From positions 1-22,092 of the forward strand of contig CAJWCD010000055.1 in NCBI GenBank assembly GCA_913020725.1: a stretch of DNA of 22,092 bases, read 5' to 3'. Both the position numbers and the translations under genes were made by a program. Positions 1 to 7,975 of the stretch are shown here, piece after piece. Source of the stretch: an uncultured Pseudomonadota bacterium (GTDB lineage Bacteria; SAR324; NAC60-12). The notes beneath the pieces were generated by a model. It did no database searches, was not told the origin of the DNA, and worked only from the letters and a program-made list of their open reading frames with translations. The stretch's first letter is position 1. Each line of letters opens with the position of its first letter.

Positions 1-2
1 CT

Positions 3-290
3 GTGCTCGAGGCAAACTCCACATCTTTTGGACTGGCATCGACGGTCATGTCCTCGGACCCAGCCAAGGCAATGAGGGTCGCCAACCGTATACGGGCGGG
101 TGCCGTTTTCGCTACCTCCACTGGTGAAGGTTTGTTGGCAGAGCACCCGGCTGTGTCGCGTGGTGGTTTTGGTTTCTCTGGAGTTGGCCGTGAGCTTGGG
201 ATTGGTGGCTTACACGAATACACGGAGCTGAAGAGCGTTAACTACACAGGCTTTTCGCTCGCCGATGCGAAGAAGCAGCGCACCGGGTAA
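3..290 (+). CDS. Aldehyde dehydrogenase, C-terminal part (5' end outside the window)
   Basis: ANSTSFGLASTV...AMRVANRIRAGAV...GGFGFSGVGRELGIGGLHEYTELKSV matches the ALDH C-terminus (AN.t.yGL, GG.k.SG.GRE.G..gl.eY). Stop TAA at 288-290. Substrate cannot be determined. Confidence 0.9.
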   Translation: MLEANSTSFGLASTVMSSDPAKAMRVANRIRAGAVFATSTGEGLLAEHPAVSRGGFGFSGVGRELGIGGLHEYTELKSVNYTGFSLADAKKQRTG

Positions 291-306
291 ATAAAGATTC
301 GAGTCC

Positions 307-388
307 GGAGAGTTGCGCGGCGATCTTGGAGCCTCCGGGATTGCCCGCTCACACTCTCCAATCGCTCTGTCTCTCAGGAAACGGGGCG
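307..388 (+). terminator. Two tandem hairpins after the ALDH stop (terminator or structured RNA)
   Basis: GGAGAGT(307-313)/ACTCTCC(353-359) encloses GGCGATCTTGGA(319-330)/TCCGGGATTGCC(334-345) with G-U pairs. Second stem CGCTCTGT(363-370)/ACGGGGCG(381-388). The U-tract is weak. Confidence 0.4.
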
Positions 389-452
389 CTTTGAGTTATT
401 GCGGAACTATCAAAAGGCTGTTTTCAAGAAAAGCCAAGAGCAGGAGCAGACG

Positions 453-989
453 ATGGGATTTTCAGGAATCGGAGTCTTGGCCGTGGGGCTGGCGTATTGT
501 GGGTTTCGGCGCTTCAGGCGCAGCAAGTTGGGGTTCACGCAAGCGGACCGGGAGCGGATGGATCAGCGTTTTGACCAAGTGGAAAAGCAGATGGTGCGCA
601 TGGAGACCACACAGCAGATGTTCATGGAGTCCACCAATCAGCGTTTCGAGCAGATGCTGAACATGATGGACCAGCGCTTTGCAGAACAGCGTGAGGACAT
701 CAACCAGCGCTTTGAGCAAGCGGATAAACGCTTTGCAGAAATGATGTCGTTTTTGCAGATCATTACGGGGATTTTCACCGTGATCATGGCGGCGGCCATC
801 GGGTTTGCGTTTTGGGATCGCCGCACCACGGGGTCCAAAGCCAAGGAAGTCACGCTGGAAGCTCTGGCAAAAGACGAGGAGAGCAGAAAAAATGCGCTGG
901 CGGAACAGGTGGTGGCCGAAGTTTTCCGCCGCTTGGAATCCCGCAAAACAACACCACCCCAATCGGCACCGCTACCGACGATGAGCTAA
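453..989 (+). CDS. Membrane-anchored coiled-coil protein with (D/N)QRF(E/A/D)Q repeats; N-terminus possibly frameshifted
   Basis: AGGAG at 442-446 precedes ATG 453. Repeats DQRFDQ/NQRFEQ/DQRFAE/NQRFEQ/DKRFAE, then a hydrophobic segment FLQIITGIFTVIMAAAIGFAFW followed by DRR. Stop overlaps the next ATG (TAATG). Confidence 0.75.
   Translation: MGFSGIGVLAVGLAYCGFRRFRRSKLGFTQADRERMDQRFDQVEKQMVRMETTQQMFMESTNQRFEQMLNMMDQRFAEQREDINQRFEQADKRFAEMMSFLQIITGIFTVIMAAAIGFAFWDRRTTGSKAKEVTLEALAKDEESRKNALAEQVVAEVFRRLESRKTTPPQSAPLPTMS
561..740 (+). repeat. Degenerate intragenic repeats encoding a mixed 11/7-residue coiled coil
   Basis: Units gatcagcgttttgaccaa (561), aatcagcgtttcgagcag (636), gaccagcgctttgcagaa (669), aaccagcgctttgagcaa (702), gataaacgctttgcagaa (723); spacings 75, 33, 33 and 21 nt. 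Confidence 0.7.
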
Positions 990-3625
990 TGTTGAAAACT
1001 CCACTCCATGCCTGGCACACTGCGAACGGCGGCAAGCTCATTGATTTTGGTGGCTGGGACATGCCGGTTCAATACGCCTCCGGAATCCTCAAGGAGCATC
1101 TGGCCACCCGGCGCTATGGCGGTCTGTTCGATGTCAGCCACATGGGACGCTTTCGGATTTACGGTAAGGACACCGTGGCGTTCTTGCAGCACGTCCTCAC
1201 CAACAACGCCGAGTCATTGGAGCCTTGGCAGGCACAATACACCCTGATCCCCAATGAAAACGGCGGGCTGCTCGACGACGCCTACCTCTACCATCCGGGG
1301 AACGAGTATTTCTTGGTGGTCAACGCCTCCAACCGTGAGAAGGACTGGAATCACTTTCAGGAACAGGCCAAGGCGTTTGCTGTGAACTTGGAGGACGAAA
1401 CCGACCAGGTGGCGATGATCGCCTTTCAGGGGCCGCTTTCCGGGCGGATTCTCTCTGAGGTGAAACGCGACGGTGCCATGCCCGAAACTTTCCGTAACAG
1501 CCTCTCCGCAATGACGATTCTTGGAACCAAGGTGTTGGTCGCCCGCACGGGGTACACGGGAGAGCCGCTTGGTTTTGAACTATTTGCACCTGCTGACAAG
1601 GTGGAGGGGATTTGGGCGCGGCTCGAGGAAGCAGGCAAAGACGAGGGCGTGGTCGCGGTGGGATTAGGAGCACGTGACACCTTGCGTCTCGAAGCAGGAA
1701 TGCCGCTTTACGGACACGAATTTGGCCTTGATTCAGAGGCTAAAGAGATTCCGGCATTTGCGTTTCCTCTCACGACGGTGGCAGTGAGTTTTTCGCAACG
1801 CAAGGGGGAGTTTGTGGGACGGGCGGCATTGCGGGCACAGTTTGAGGAAATCCGCAAACTTCGGATGGGACAGTACGAACCCTCGGCAGTCCTGTCACGC
1901 CGCTTCCTGCCGCTGGCTCTCAAGGACAAGGGCATCACGCGCCAAGGAGATAAGGTGCATTGCAACGGACAGCAAGTCGGGGTAATCACGAGCGGGACAA
2001 TGGTGCCCTACTGGAAGTTTCAGGGCGAGGGTGCGACCATGCAGATCACCGATGAGCAGGGTCGGCGGGCACTCGCTTTGGCCTATGTTGATGCCACAGT
2101 TCCTGCTGAGCAGGAACTGGAGGTGGAAGTCCGGGGTCGTCGGCTGAACGCGCAACTGGTGCGCTGGCACGGACGTTCTGAAGCCCCTCCGTACTTCCGG
2201 GCAATTCCAGTGGATTGGGAAACGAAAGAGACGGCAACGGTTCCAAGTTCGTCGCAGGAGCAAGTCAGTTTGCTGTTGCGGAAGAGCCTGGAGAATCACG
2301 AGTGGCGCCAGCGTTGCTGCATCAACCTGATCCCCTCGGAAATGACGCAGTCTGCGCTCGTGCGCCTGCTCCAGATCACGGACTCCTGCGGACGTTACGC
2401 GGAGCATAAGGAGTTGCTCGCGGCCTTTGAACAAGAGGTTTTCTACTATCAGGGCACAGAGTTCATCGCTTGGGCGGAAGAGCGTTTGGTTGAGGAAATG
2501 CAGCGTTTTCTCGGCTATCCCCTTGTGGAAACCCGGATCATCAGCGGACAGATGGCGAACATGACCATCTTCAGCGCCCTCGTTGATTTCCGCAACCGCA
2601 CCGACCGCCGTAGTGAGCCGCGCCGCATCCCTCTAGTGATGAACAACCACATTAGCAAGGGCGGCCACCTCAGTTCCCAGCCAATGGGTGCGTTGCGAGA
2701 TTATGTCGCCAAGGATCCTGTCACTGAAAAATATGCCGTCCTCAATTTTCCGGTGCGGCAGGACAATCCGTACCGCATGGATCTGGAGGAAACCGCGAAC
2801 CTGCTGGATCGCTTTGATCCGGAACTGATCATCCTCGGCAAGAGCATGATCTTGCATCCCGAACCGGTTGCAAACCTCCGGAAACTGCTGGACGCGAAGT
2901 CGTCAAGGCCGATCCTCATGTATGACATGGCACACGTCCTCGGCCTGATCGGCCCGCACTTCCAAAATCCTTACGCGGAAGGTGCCGACATCATCACCGG
3001 TTCCACACACAAAACCTTCTACGGCACTCAACGCGGCATCATCGGAGCAGCCTATGAAGAAGGAACGCCGGAGTTTGATCTCTGGAAATCCATTGAGCGT
3101 CGGGTGTTTCCGGGTGCAGTCAGCAACCATCACCTCGGCACTTTGTTGGGCATGTTGATGGCCGCACTGGAAATGAACGCCTTCAAGGACACCTACCAAC
3201 CGCAAGTGCTCACCAACGCCAAGGCGTTTGCCAAAGCGTTGGCAGACGAGGGACTGGAGGTGCAGGGGGATCCTGAGCTTGACTACACCGAAACCCATCA
3301 GGTCATCGTTGCCGTTGGCTATGCTCAGGGCTGCGCCGTTGCACAGGACTTGGAGGAGAGCAACATCATCGTCAACTATCAGGCGATTCCCTCTGATGAG
3401 AGTTTCACCTCCAGTTCCGGACTACGCATTGGGGTCGCCGAAATGACGCGCTTCGGCATGAAGGAAGCTGATTTCCGGGAGTTTGCCCCGCTATTTGTTG
3501 AGGCGGTGCAGGGCAAGAATGTTGGCGAGGAAGTCACCCGCTTCCGTGAGCGTTTCCAGACCATGTACTTCTGCTTTGATACGGAATTCTCCGAAGTCCG
3601 GAGCCAACTGGCGGGGCTGTTCTGA
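989..3625 (+). CDS. gcvT: Fusion of glycine cleavage aminomethyltransferase (GcvT) and serine hydroxymethyltransferase (GlyA), 878 aa
   Basis: ATG 989 in a TAATG overlap. N-half: KTPLH..H...GG..IDFGGWDMPVQY, GLFDVSHMG, GGLLDD, FLVVNASN, RTGYTGE, GLGARDTLRLEAG.PLYG.E. C-half from about 2255: NLIPSE, GGHLS, YDMAHVLGLI, STHKTF (PLP Lys codon 3011-3013), VFPGAVSNHH, SGLRIG. One open frame with no stop between the domains. Confidence 0.93.
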   Translation: MLKTPLHAWHTANGGKLIDFGGWDMPVQYASGILKEHLATRRYGGLFDVSHMGRFRIYGKDTVAFLQHVLTNNAESLEPWQAQYTLIPNENGGLLDDAYLYHPGNEYFLVVNASNREKDWNHFQEQAKAFAVNLEDETDQVAMIAFQGPLSGRILSEVKRDGAMPETFRNSLSAMTILGTKVLVARTGYTGEPLGFELFAPADKVEGIWARLEEAGKDEGVVAVGLGARDTLRLEAGMPLYGHEFGLDSEAKEIPAFAFPLTTVAVSFSQRKGEFVGRAALRAQFEEIRKLRMGQYEPSAVLSRRFLPLALKDKGITRQGDKVHCNGQQVGVITSGTMVPYWKFQGEGATMQITDEQGRRALALAYVDATVPAEQELEVEVRGRRLNAQLVRWHGRSEAPPYFRAIPVDWETKETATVPSSSQEQVSLLLRKSLENHEWRQRCCINLIPSEMTQSALVRLLQITDSCGRYAEHKELLAAFEQEVFYYQGTEFIAWAEERLVEEMQRFLGYPLVETRIISGQMANMTIFSALVDFRNRTDRRSEPRRIPLVMNNHISKGGHLSSQPMGALRDYVAKDPVTEKYAVLNFPVRQDNPYRMDLEETANLLDRFDPELIILGKSMILHPEPVANLRKLLDAKSSRPILMYDMAHVLGLIGPHFQNPYAEGADIITGSTHKTFYGTQRGIIGAAYEEGTPEFDLWKSIERRVFPGAVSNHHLGTLLGMLMAALEMNAFKDTYQPQVLTNAKAFAKALADEGLEVQGDPELDYTETHQVIVAVGYAQGCAVAQDLEESNIIVNYQAIPSDESFTSSSGLRIGVAEMTRFGMKEADFREFAPLFVEAVQGKNVGEEVTRFRERFQTMYFCFDTEFSEVRSQLAGLF

Positions 3626-3643
3626 GCGGGCTTTCAACCGGAT

Positions 3644-4123
3644 TTAACCGAGGAATTCCACTTCGAGAATTTCGACCTCAAGCTTGCCCTTGGGGATGGG
3701 GATGATGACGGTATCGCCGATGGTTTTGCCGATCAAGGCACGGGAGATCGGTGAATTCACAGAGATTTTCCTGTTTTCAAGATCGGCCTCGTCCTCTCCC
3801 ACAATCTGGTAGCACTTCTCCTCGTCGGTATTAACATCGACAAAAGTCATCTTTGCTCCGAAAATCACTTTCTCTCCCGAAAGCTTGGAGACGTCAATCA
3901 CCTGCGCGAAGGCAAGTTTGCCGTTGAGTTCCCGAATTCGCCCTTCTAGAAAACCCTGCTGCTCCTTGGCAGCATGGTATTCGGCGTTTTCAGAGAGATC
4001 ACCGTGGGCACGGGCCTCGGCGATGGCGTTGACAACCGCAGGACGTGCAACAGTGGTGAGCCGGTGCAATTCTTCCTTGAGCTTTTCGTGACTCTGCACG
4101 GTCATCGGATAGGAATCACTCAT
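3644..4123 (-). CDS. greA: Transcription elongation factor GreA
   Basis: [24 protein letters not shown] and [10 protein letters not shown]...[14 protein letters not shown]; 159 aa. Confidence 0.97.
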   Translation of the reverse strand: MSDSYPMTVQSHEKLKEELHRLTTVARPAVVNAIAEARAHGDLSENAEYHAAKEQQGFLEGRIRELNGKLAFAQVIDVSKLSGEKVIFGAKMTFVDVNTDEEKCYQIVGEDEADLENRKISVNSPISRALIGKTIGDTVIIPIPKGKLEVEILEVEFLG

Positions 4124-4157
4124 TTTGAATTTTCGATTAACGTTGTTTTACCCAGAC

Positions 4158-4207
4158 ACACAGAGGACACAGAGGTTTTTATAGCATTTTCCTCTGCGCT
4201 CTCTGCG
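4158..4207 (-). repeat. Intergenic imperfect inverted repeat built from tandem 9-mers (REP-like hairpin)
   Basis: ACACAGAGG twice (4158-4175) and CCTCTGCGCTCTCTGCG (4191-4207). On the minus-strand RNA, 16 of 17 positions pair, three as G-U. Confidence 0.65.
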
Positions 4208-4234
4208 CTGATTTTTCACAATTTCATTCAGATT

Positions 4235-7200
4235 TCAGGGAGCGCAGAGGGCCGGACAAGGATACGCTTGCTTGAACTCGTCAATGGTGTTGATACGGTT
4301 TCCAGACGCTGGGCCGTCTTCATGGATGCTGCCGACCATCCGGAGCACCAGCCACCGCTGCCTTTCCGGAGCCAAATGGGTGCGGAGGATATCCTGCAAG
4401 TCCGCGACCGTGAGGCGTTGGAGCGCGTCAATCTCGCGGCTGTTGTAATCAAAGTCAGCGTCACGGTTGCGGATGATGCTGAAGAGTCGCGAGGTTTCCT
4501 CCGAGATCGAAGCCGAACGCCGCAGTTTGCCGCTCAGCACCGAGCGTTTGAGTTTCTCCAACTCCACCTCGGAAATTTTGGAAAGTTCTGCGAGGAACTT
4601 TGGGAAATAGGTGTCCATCCGCTGCTGAAGCGTGTTGGGATCGTAGCGTCCGGACTGGACCATGAAGACAAGTCCCAAGGTTTCTTCCAGTTCCGTGTAG
4701 CCCGCGTTGACGATGTAGCCCAACTGCTGCTGGGTGCGGAGTTCGTTGTAGAACTGTGGTTGCAGGGCGGTACTCAGCACCATTAGGGCGGTACGCAGCC
4801 GAGGGGTGCGTTGCGCAATCTGGAGTTCCATGACGAGCGCGGAGTTCTCCACCTTCATCTTGCGGGAGAAGGTGTGGGCTTGCCCGAGTTCGATTTGGAG
4901 GACTTGTTCTTGAAAGCGCTCTTCGGTCGGAAGTGGTTGATCCGCGAAGGTCTTCAGCAGCGGTTCCAGCGTGTTCCGGGCCGTCTCGGCAGCAAGGTTT
5001 CCGTAAGCCAACCCCTCAACGTACATGCGTTTGAAGAGGTTTTTGCGCATGAAGTTCTTCACGTCCTTGAGTGTGATTTTTTGGATCTCCCGGTCGTAAT
5101 CCCAAAGCGCAAACTTGCGGTCTTCCAGCAGCAGACTGCGGTAGTAGAATGCCTGCTGATAGGGTTGCTGGAGGTGAAAATTTTGGTAGCTGCGGCGTTT
5201 CTTTTCCTTGAGTTCCGCAAAAATGGTCTTGCTCACAGAGGCATTGCGCAGACGCCCAGCGATGGTCTGGACGAGTGCTGGGAGTTTGTCCGAATAGCCG
5301 CCGAACTCTAAGCTCAGTCCTTCCTTGTTGACACCAACGCTATAGCTCATTCCGGCCAGTAGGATGGGGTAGCTGAACTCGTTGAGGCTTTCCCGGATGA
5401 CATCCACCGAGAGTTGCGAAAGCACGGCGCGTTGTGGCGAAGCATAGACTTCCGGAGAGTGCAGCCGCAGGACGATGCGGGCCTTGGGTGTTGCAAAGCG
5501 GTAATCCTGTTGGAACCAAATGCGGCCCCGCTCGTTGTCGAGCAGCACTTCCGGTTCTGGAACGACGTGCTTGAGGACGAGTCCGCGTGCTTGCGTCTGC
5601 TGCTCTGGAGTTAGCGTGGCGAGGGCGGTTTTGCTCAGGCTTTGCCACGAATTCCATGACTGACCCTGCGCCTGCTCCAGCGAGCGCAGCAGGGCTTCCG
5701 GAAAGCCTTCCTGCCGCAGTCCTGCCAGCGTCTGGAATGTCACCCGGAACTTGCCCCGGAACGGTTTCACACTGAGGTCTTCCGGAACGAAGGGGTTGGG
5801 AGTCGGCAGCGTGAGTTTGGGGTGCAGCTTGACCGTCTTCCACTGCTTCACCCAGTTTGCGTGAGTTTCGGTGTAGGCGTATTCGGCACCGTAGTAAGCT
5901 TCCGTCTCGTCGGTCTTGACGTTCTGGGAGGCAAGAATCGCAAGCAGGTTGTCCGGGGTGAGCCGGAAGAGCATACTGTCGTAGATCCGTTTGTTGAATT
6001 TGGTGATCAGATAGGGATCACGCTCCAGTGTGCGCATTGGGTAAAACTGGAGCAGCACAGCGAAGGTGTTGACAAGACCAGTCCCCTCCGCCTTCTCCGC
6101 AAACTGGTAGTCCAGTTCGGTCATGCGACGGTTTTCCTCGTAAACGAAGGACAGTGGTGGGGTGCGTCGCAGCAGTTGCAGGTGCTGGAAGGTGCGCGTG
6201 ATCACAGTGCGCAGACGTTTTTCGCCCTTTTCTGTGAGTTGCACGGTGATCTCAAAGGAGGCGTAGTCGCGCTTGCGCTCGCCTCCTCCAGCTGAAAGTC
6301 CGGTCGCCAAGCCTTCCTGCTTGAGCAGTGAGAGCAGGCTGCCCTTGCCCTCATGTCCGATCAGGAAACCGAGCAGGCTGAGGGGCTTGCTTTTGTAGTA
6401 GCGCAAAACCGAGGGCAGCGGGAAGACGAGCGTGAGGGTGCGTTGATCCTTCACCGTCTTGACCTTGAGCAGACGGAAGCGGTCGTTGCGAGGCAGGAAA
6501 TTCCTCGGCAGGCGTGGGGTCTTGAGTTTGCGGTTGACGATTTCCGCAAAGCGTGGAGCGACCCAGTTTTGCAAGGTGTCGAGGCTCTGGCGTCCGGAAA
6601 CCGCGAGGGTCATGCGGTTACTGGAGTAGTGACGCTGGTAGAAGTTGAGCAGTTCCTCGCGAGTGACGCCGCGTAGGGTTTCGAGATTTCCGGTGGCGAA
6701 GTGGCGGGCAGGGTGTCCGGAAGCATAAATCTCACGCCGCACTTGCGCGATGCGTCGATGGTCGTTGGGGATGTTCTTGGAATGCTCGGCCTCGACCGCC
6801 TTCAGTTCGCGCTCGACGAGTTCCGAGTTAAAAAGAGGCGCGACAAAGAATTGGGAGAAACGATCCAGTGCTTCCTCCAAGTGATCTCCGGAAACCTCAA
6901 AGAAGTAGTTCGTCAGCGTTTCGGCGGTGTAGGCGTTGCTGAAACCATCGTGGGTGGAAACGAATTCCTGATAGCTGCCCGCGTCCGGGTACTTCTTTGT
7001 GCCGAGGAAGAGCAGGTGTTCAAGAAAGTGTGTCAGCCCTTGCCGCTCTAGCGGATCGGTCATCGAACCTACCCCAACCACTAGCGAGGCCGAGCCGTGT
7101 TGCAAGGTGGGGTCGGAAACGAGCATCACCTTGAGACCGTTGGGTAGCAGAAAGCGACGGTACTGGCGCTCTGGATAGCGCGGGTCGGAGTTGTCGAGCG

Positions 7201-7285
7201 CTCCGGCCTGAACCAGTGAGGTCCAGAGCAGCAGGGGAAGCAGGAGCCAAGGCAAAAGGGATTTCTGTACAGACCGCATACGCAT
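4235..7285 (-). CDS. Exported M16A (insulinase/pitrilysin-like) zinc metallopeptidase
   Basis: Inverted zinc motif HFLEH in GLTHFLEHLLFLGTKKYP; also SNAYT, ALDRFSQFF, AVEAEH and FYNELRTQQQLGYIV. Signal peptide MRMRSVQKSLLPWLLLPLLLWTSLVQA suggests a start at ATG 7285 or 7279 rather than 7315. Confidence 0.92.
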   Translation of the reverse strand: MRMRSVQKSLLPWLLLPLLLWTSLVQAGALDNSDPRYPERQYRRFLLPNGLKVMLVSDPTLQHGSASLVVGVGSMTDPLERQGLTHFLEHLLFLGTKKYPDAGSYQEFVSTHDGFSNAYTAETLTNYFFEVSGDHLEEALDRFSQFFVAPLFNSELVERELKAVEAEHSKNIPNDHRRIAQVRREIYASGHPARHFATGNLETLRGVTREELLNFYQRHYSSNRMTLAVSGRQSLDTLQNWVAPRFAEIVNRKLKTPRLPRNFLPRNDRFRLLKVKTVKDQRTLTLVFPLPSVLRYYKSKPLSLLGFLIGHEGKGSLLSLLKQEGLATGLSAGGGERKRDYASFEITVQLTEKGEKRLRTVITRTFQHLQLLRRTPPLSFVYEENRRMTELDYQFAEKAEGTGLVNTFAVLLQFYPMRTLERDPYLITKFNKRIYDSMLFRLTPDNLLAILASQNVKTDETEAYYGAEYAYTETHANWVKQWKTVKLHPKLTLPTPNPFVPEDLSVKPFRGKFRVTFQTLAGLRQEGFPEALLRSLEQAQGQSWNSWQSLSKTALATLTPEQQTQARGLVLKHVVPEPEVLLDNERGRIWFQQDYRFATPKARIVLRLHSPEVYASPQRAVLSQLSVDVIRESLNEFSYPILLAGMSYSVGVNKEGLSLEFGGYSDKLPALVQTIAGRLRNASVSKTIFAELKEKKRRSYQNFHLQQPYQQAFYYRSLLLEDRKFALWDYDREIQKITLKDVKNFMRKNLFKRMYVEGLAYGNLAAETARNTLEPLLKTFADQPLPTEERFQEQVLQIELGQAHTFSRKMKVENSALVMELQIAQRTPRLRTALMVLSTALQPQFYNELRTQQQLGYIVNAGYTELEETLGLVFMVQSGRYDPNTLQQRMDTYFPKFLAELSKISEVELEKLKRSVLSGKLRRSASISEETSRLFSIIRNRDADFDYNSREIDALQRLTVADLQDILRTHLAPERQRWLVLRMVGSIHEDGPASGNRINTIDEFKQAYPCPALCAP

Positions 7286-7387
7286 TTGATTCACAAGACC
7301 AAGATGAAGGATCAATGGTGGAGCAAAGTATTTTGAAAACTGTGGAGGAAAAACGCAACTGGAATCCCATAATTTCGATTGACTCTC

Positions 7388-7396
7388 TGCTATACT
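7388..7396 (+). promoter_or_regulatory. Candidate extended -10 promoter for cyaY
   Basis: TG-c-TATACT about 40 nt upstream of ATG 7436 in the divergent intergenic gap; no properly spaced -35. Confidence 0.35.
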
Positions 7397-7435
7397 CTTC
7401 TACGATGATCTAAAGACGACAACCAAGGCAGCAGC

Positions 7436-7759
7436 ATGGAAAACAAGGAATACTTCGGGCGGGTCGCCTCCATCTTCCGGAAGGTGGAGGACTTGCTGGA
7501 TGAGTTTGAAGATGAGATTGATTACGACTGCACTCCGGACAAACTGGAACTCACCGTCGAGGCCACAGGACGCAGGGTCGTCCTCAACACGCAACAGGCG
7601 GTTCACGAACTCTGGCTCGCGGGCAATGCCCGGGGCTGGCACTTCAAGTACCAACCGGAACAGGACCGCTGGTTTGCTGAGGCGGAGCAGGAGGAGTTTG
7701 ACGAGTGCTTCACCCGTCTTTTGGAGAATCACCTTGACCAGCCGGTTTCCTTCACCTGA
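7436..7759 (+). CDS. cyaY: Iron donor protein CyaY (frataxin family)
   Basis: Acidic N-terminal helix (EDLLDEFEDEID) and the frataxin signature VVLNTQQAVHELWLAGNARGWHF; 107 aa. Confidence 0.9.
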   Translation: MENKEYFGRVASIFRKVEDLLDEFEDEIDYDCTPDKLELTVEATGRRVVLNTQQAVHELWLAGNARGWHFKYQPEQDRWFAEAEQEEFDECFTRLLENHLDQPVSFT

Positions 7760-7772
7760 CCTCCGAAAAAAC

Positions 7773-7802
7773 TTGTCAGTCTGGAGGCATTCTGGTTAAA
7801 AT
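7773..7802 (+). promoter_or_regulatory. Sigma70-type promoter for the rpmH operon
   Basis: TTGTCA (7773-7778), 18-nt spacer, TAAAAT (7797-7802), 38 nt before the rpmH ATG. Confidence 0.55.
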
Positions 7803-7840
7803 GTTCGTTTTGACTCTACCACAGAAACGAGAAACTTAGG

Positions 7841-7975
7841 ATGAAACGAACCTTCCAACCCAACAATCGGCGTCGCAGGAAGAAGCACGGATTCCGGGTG
7901 CGTATGTCAACCCCCGGAGGCCGCAACGTGATCAGGCGCCGCCGCGCTAAAGGACGCACGCGCCTCGCCGTCTGA
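7841..7975 (+). CDS. rpmH: 50S ribosomal protein L34 (absent from the ORF track)
   Basis: Manual translation: [44 protein letters not shown], 44 aa. TGATG overlap with rnpA. Confidence 0.98.
   Translation: MKRTFQPNNRRRRKKHGFRVRMSTPGGRNVIRRRRAKGRTRLAV

Noticed and set aside
561..740. Regularly spaced repeats considered as a CRISPR array
   Set aside because: They are degenerate at codon third positions, in frame within a CDS, have no unique spacers of CRISPR length, and no cas genes are present.
812..988. 59-aa N-terminal extension of the GcvT-SHMT ORF in the track
   Set aside because: It overlaps the upstream CDS. GcvT similarity starts at MLKTPLH, ATG 989, which has a TAATG coupling.
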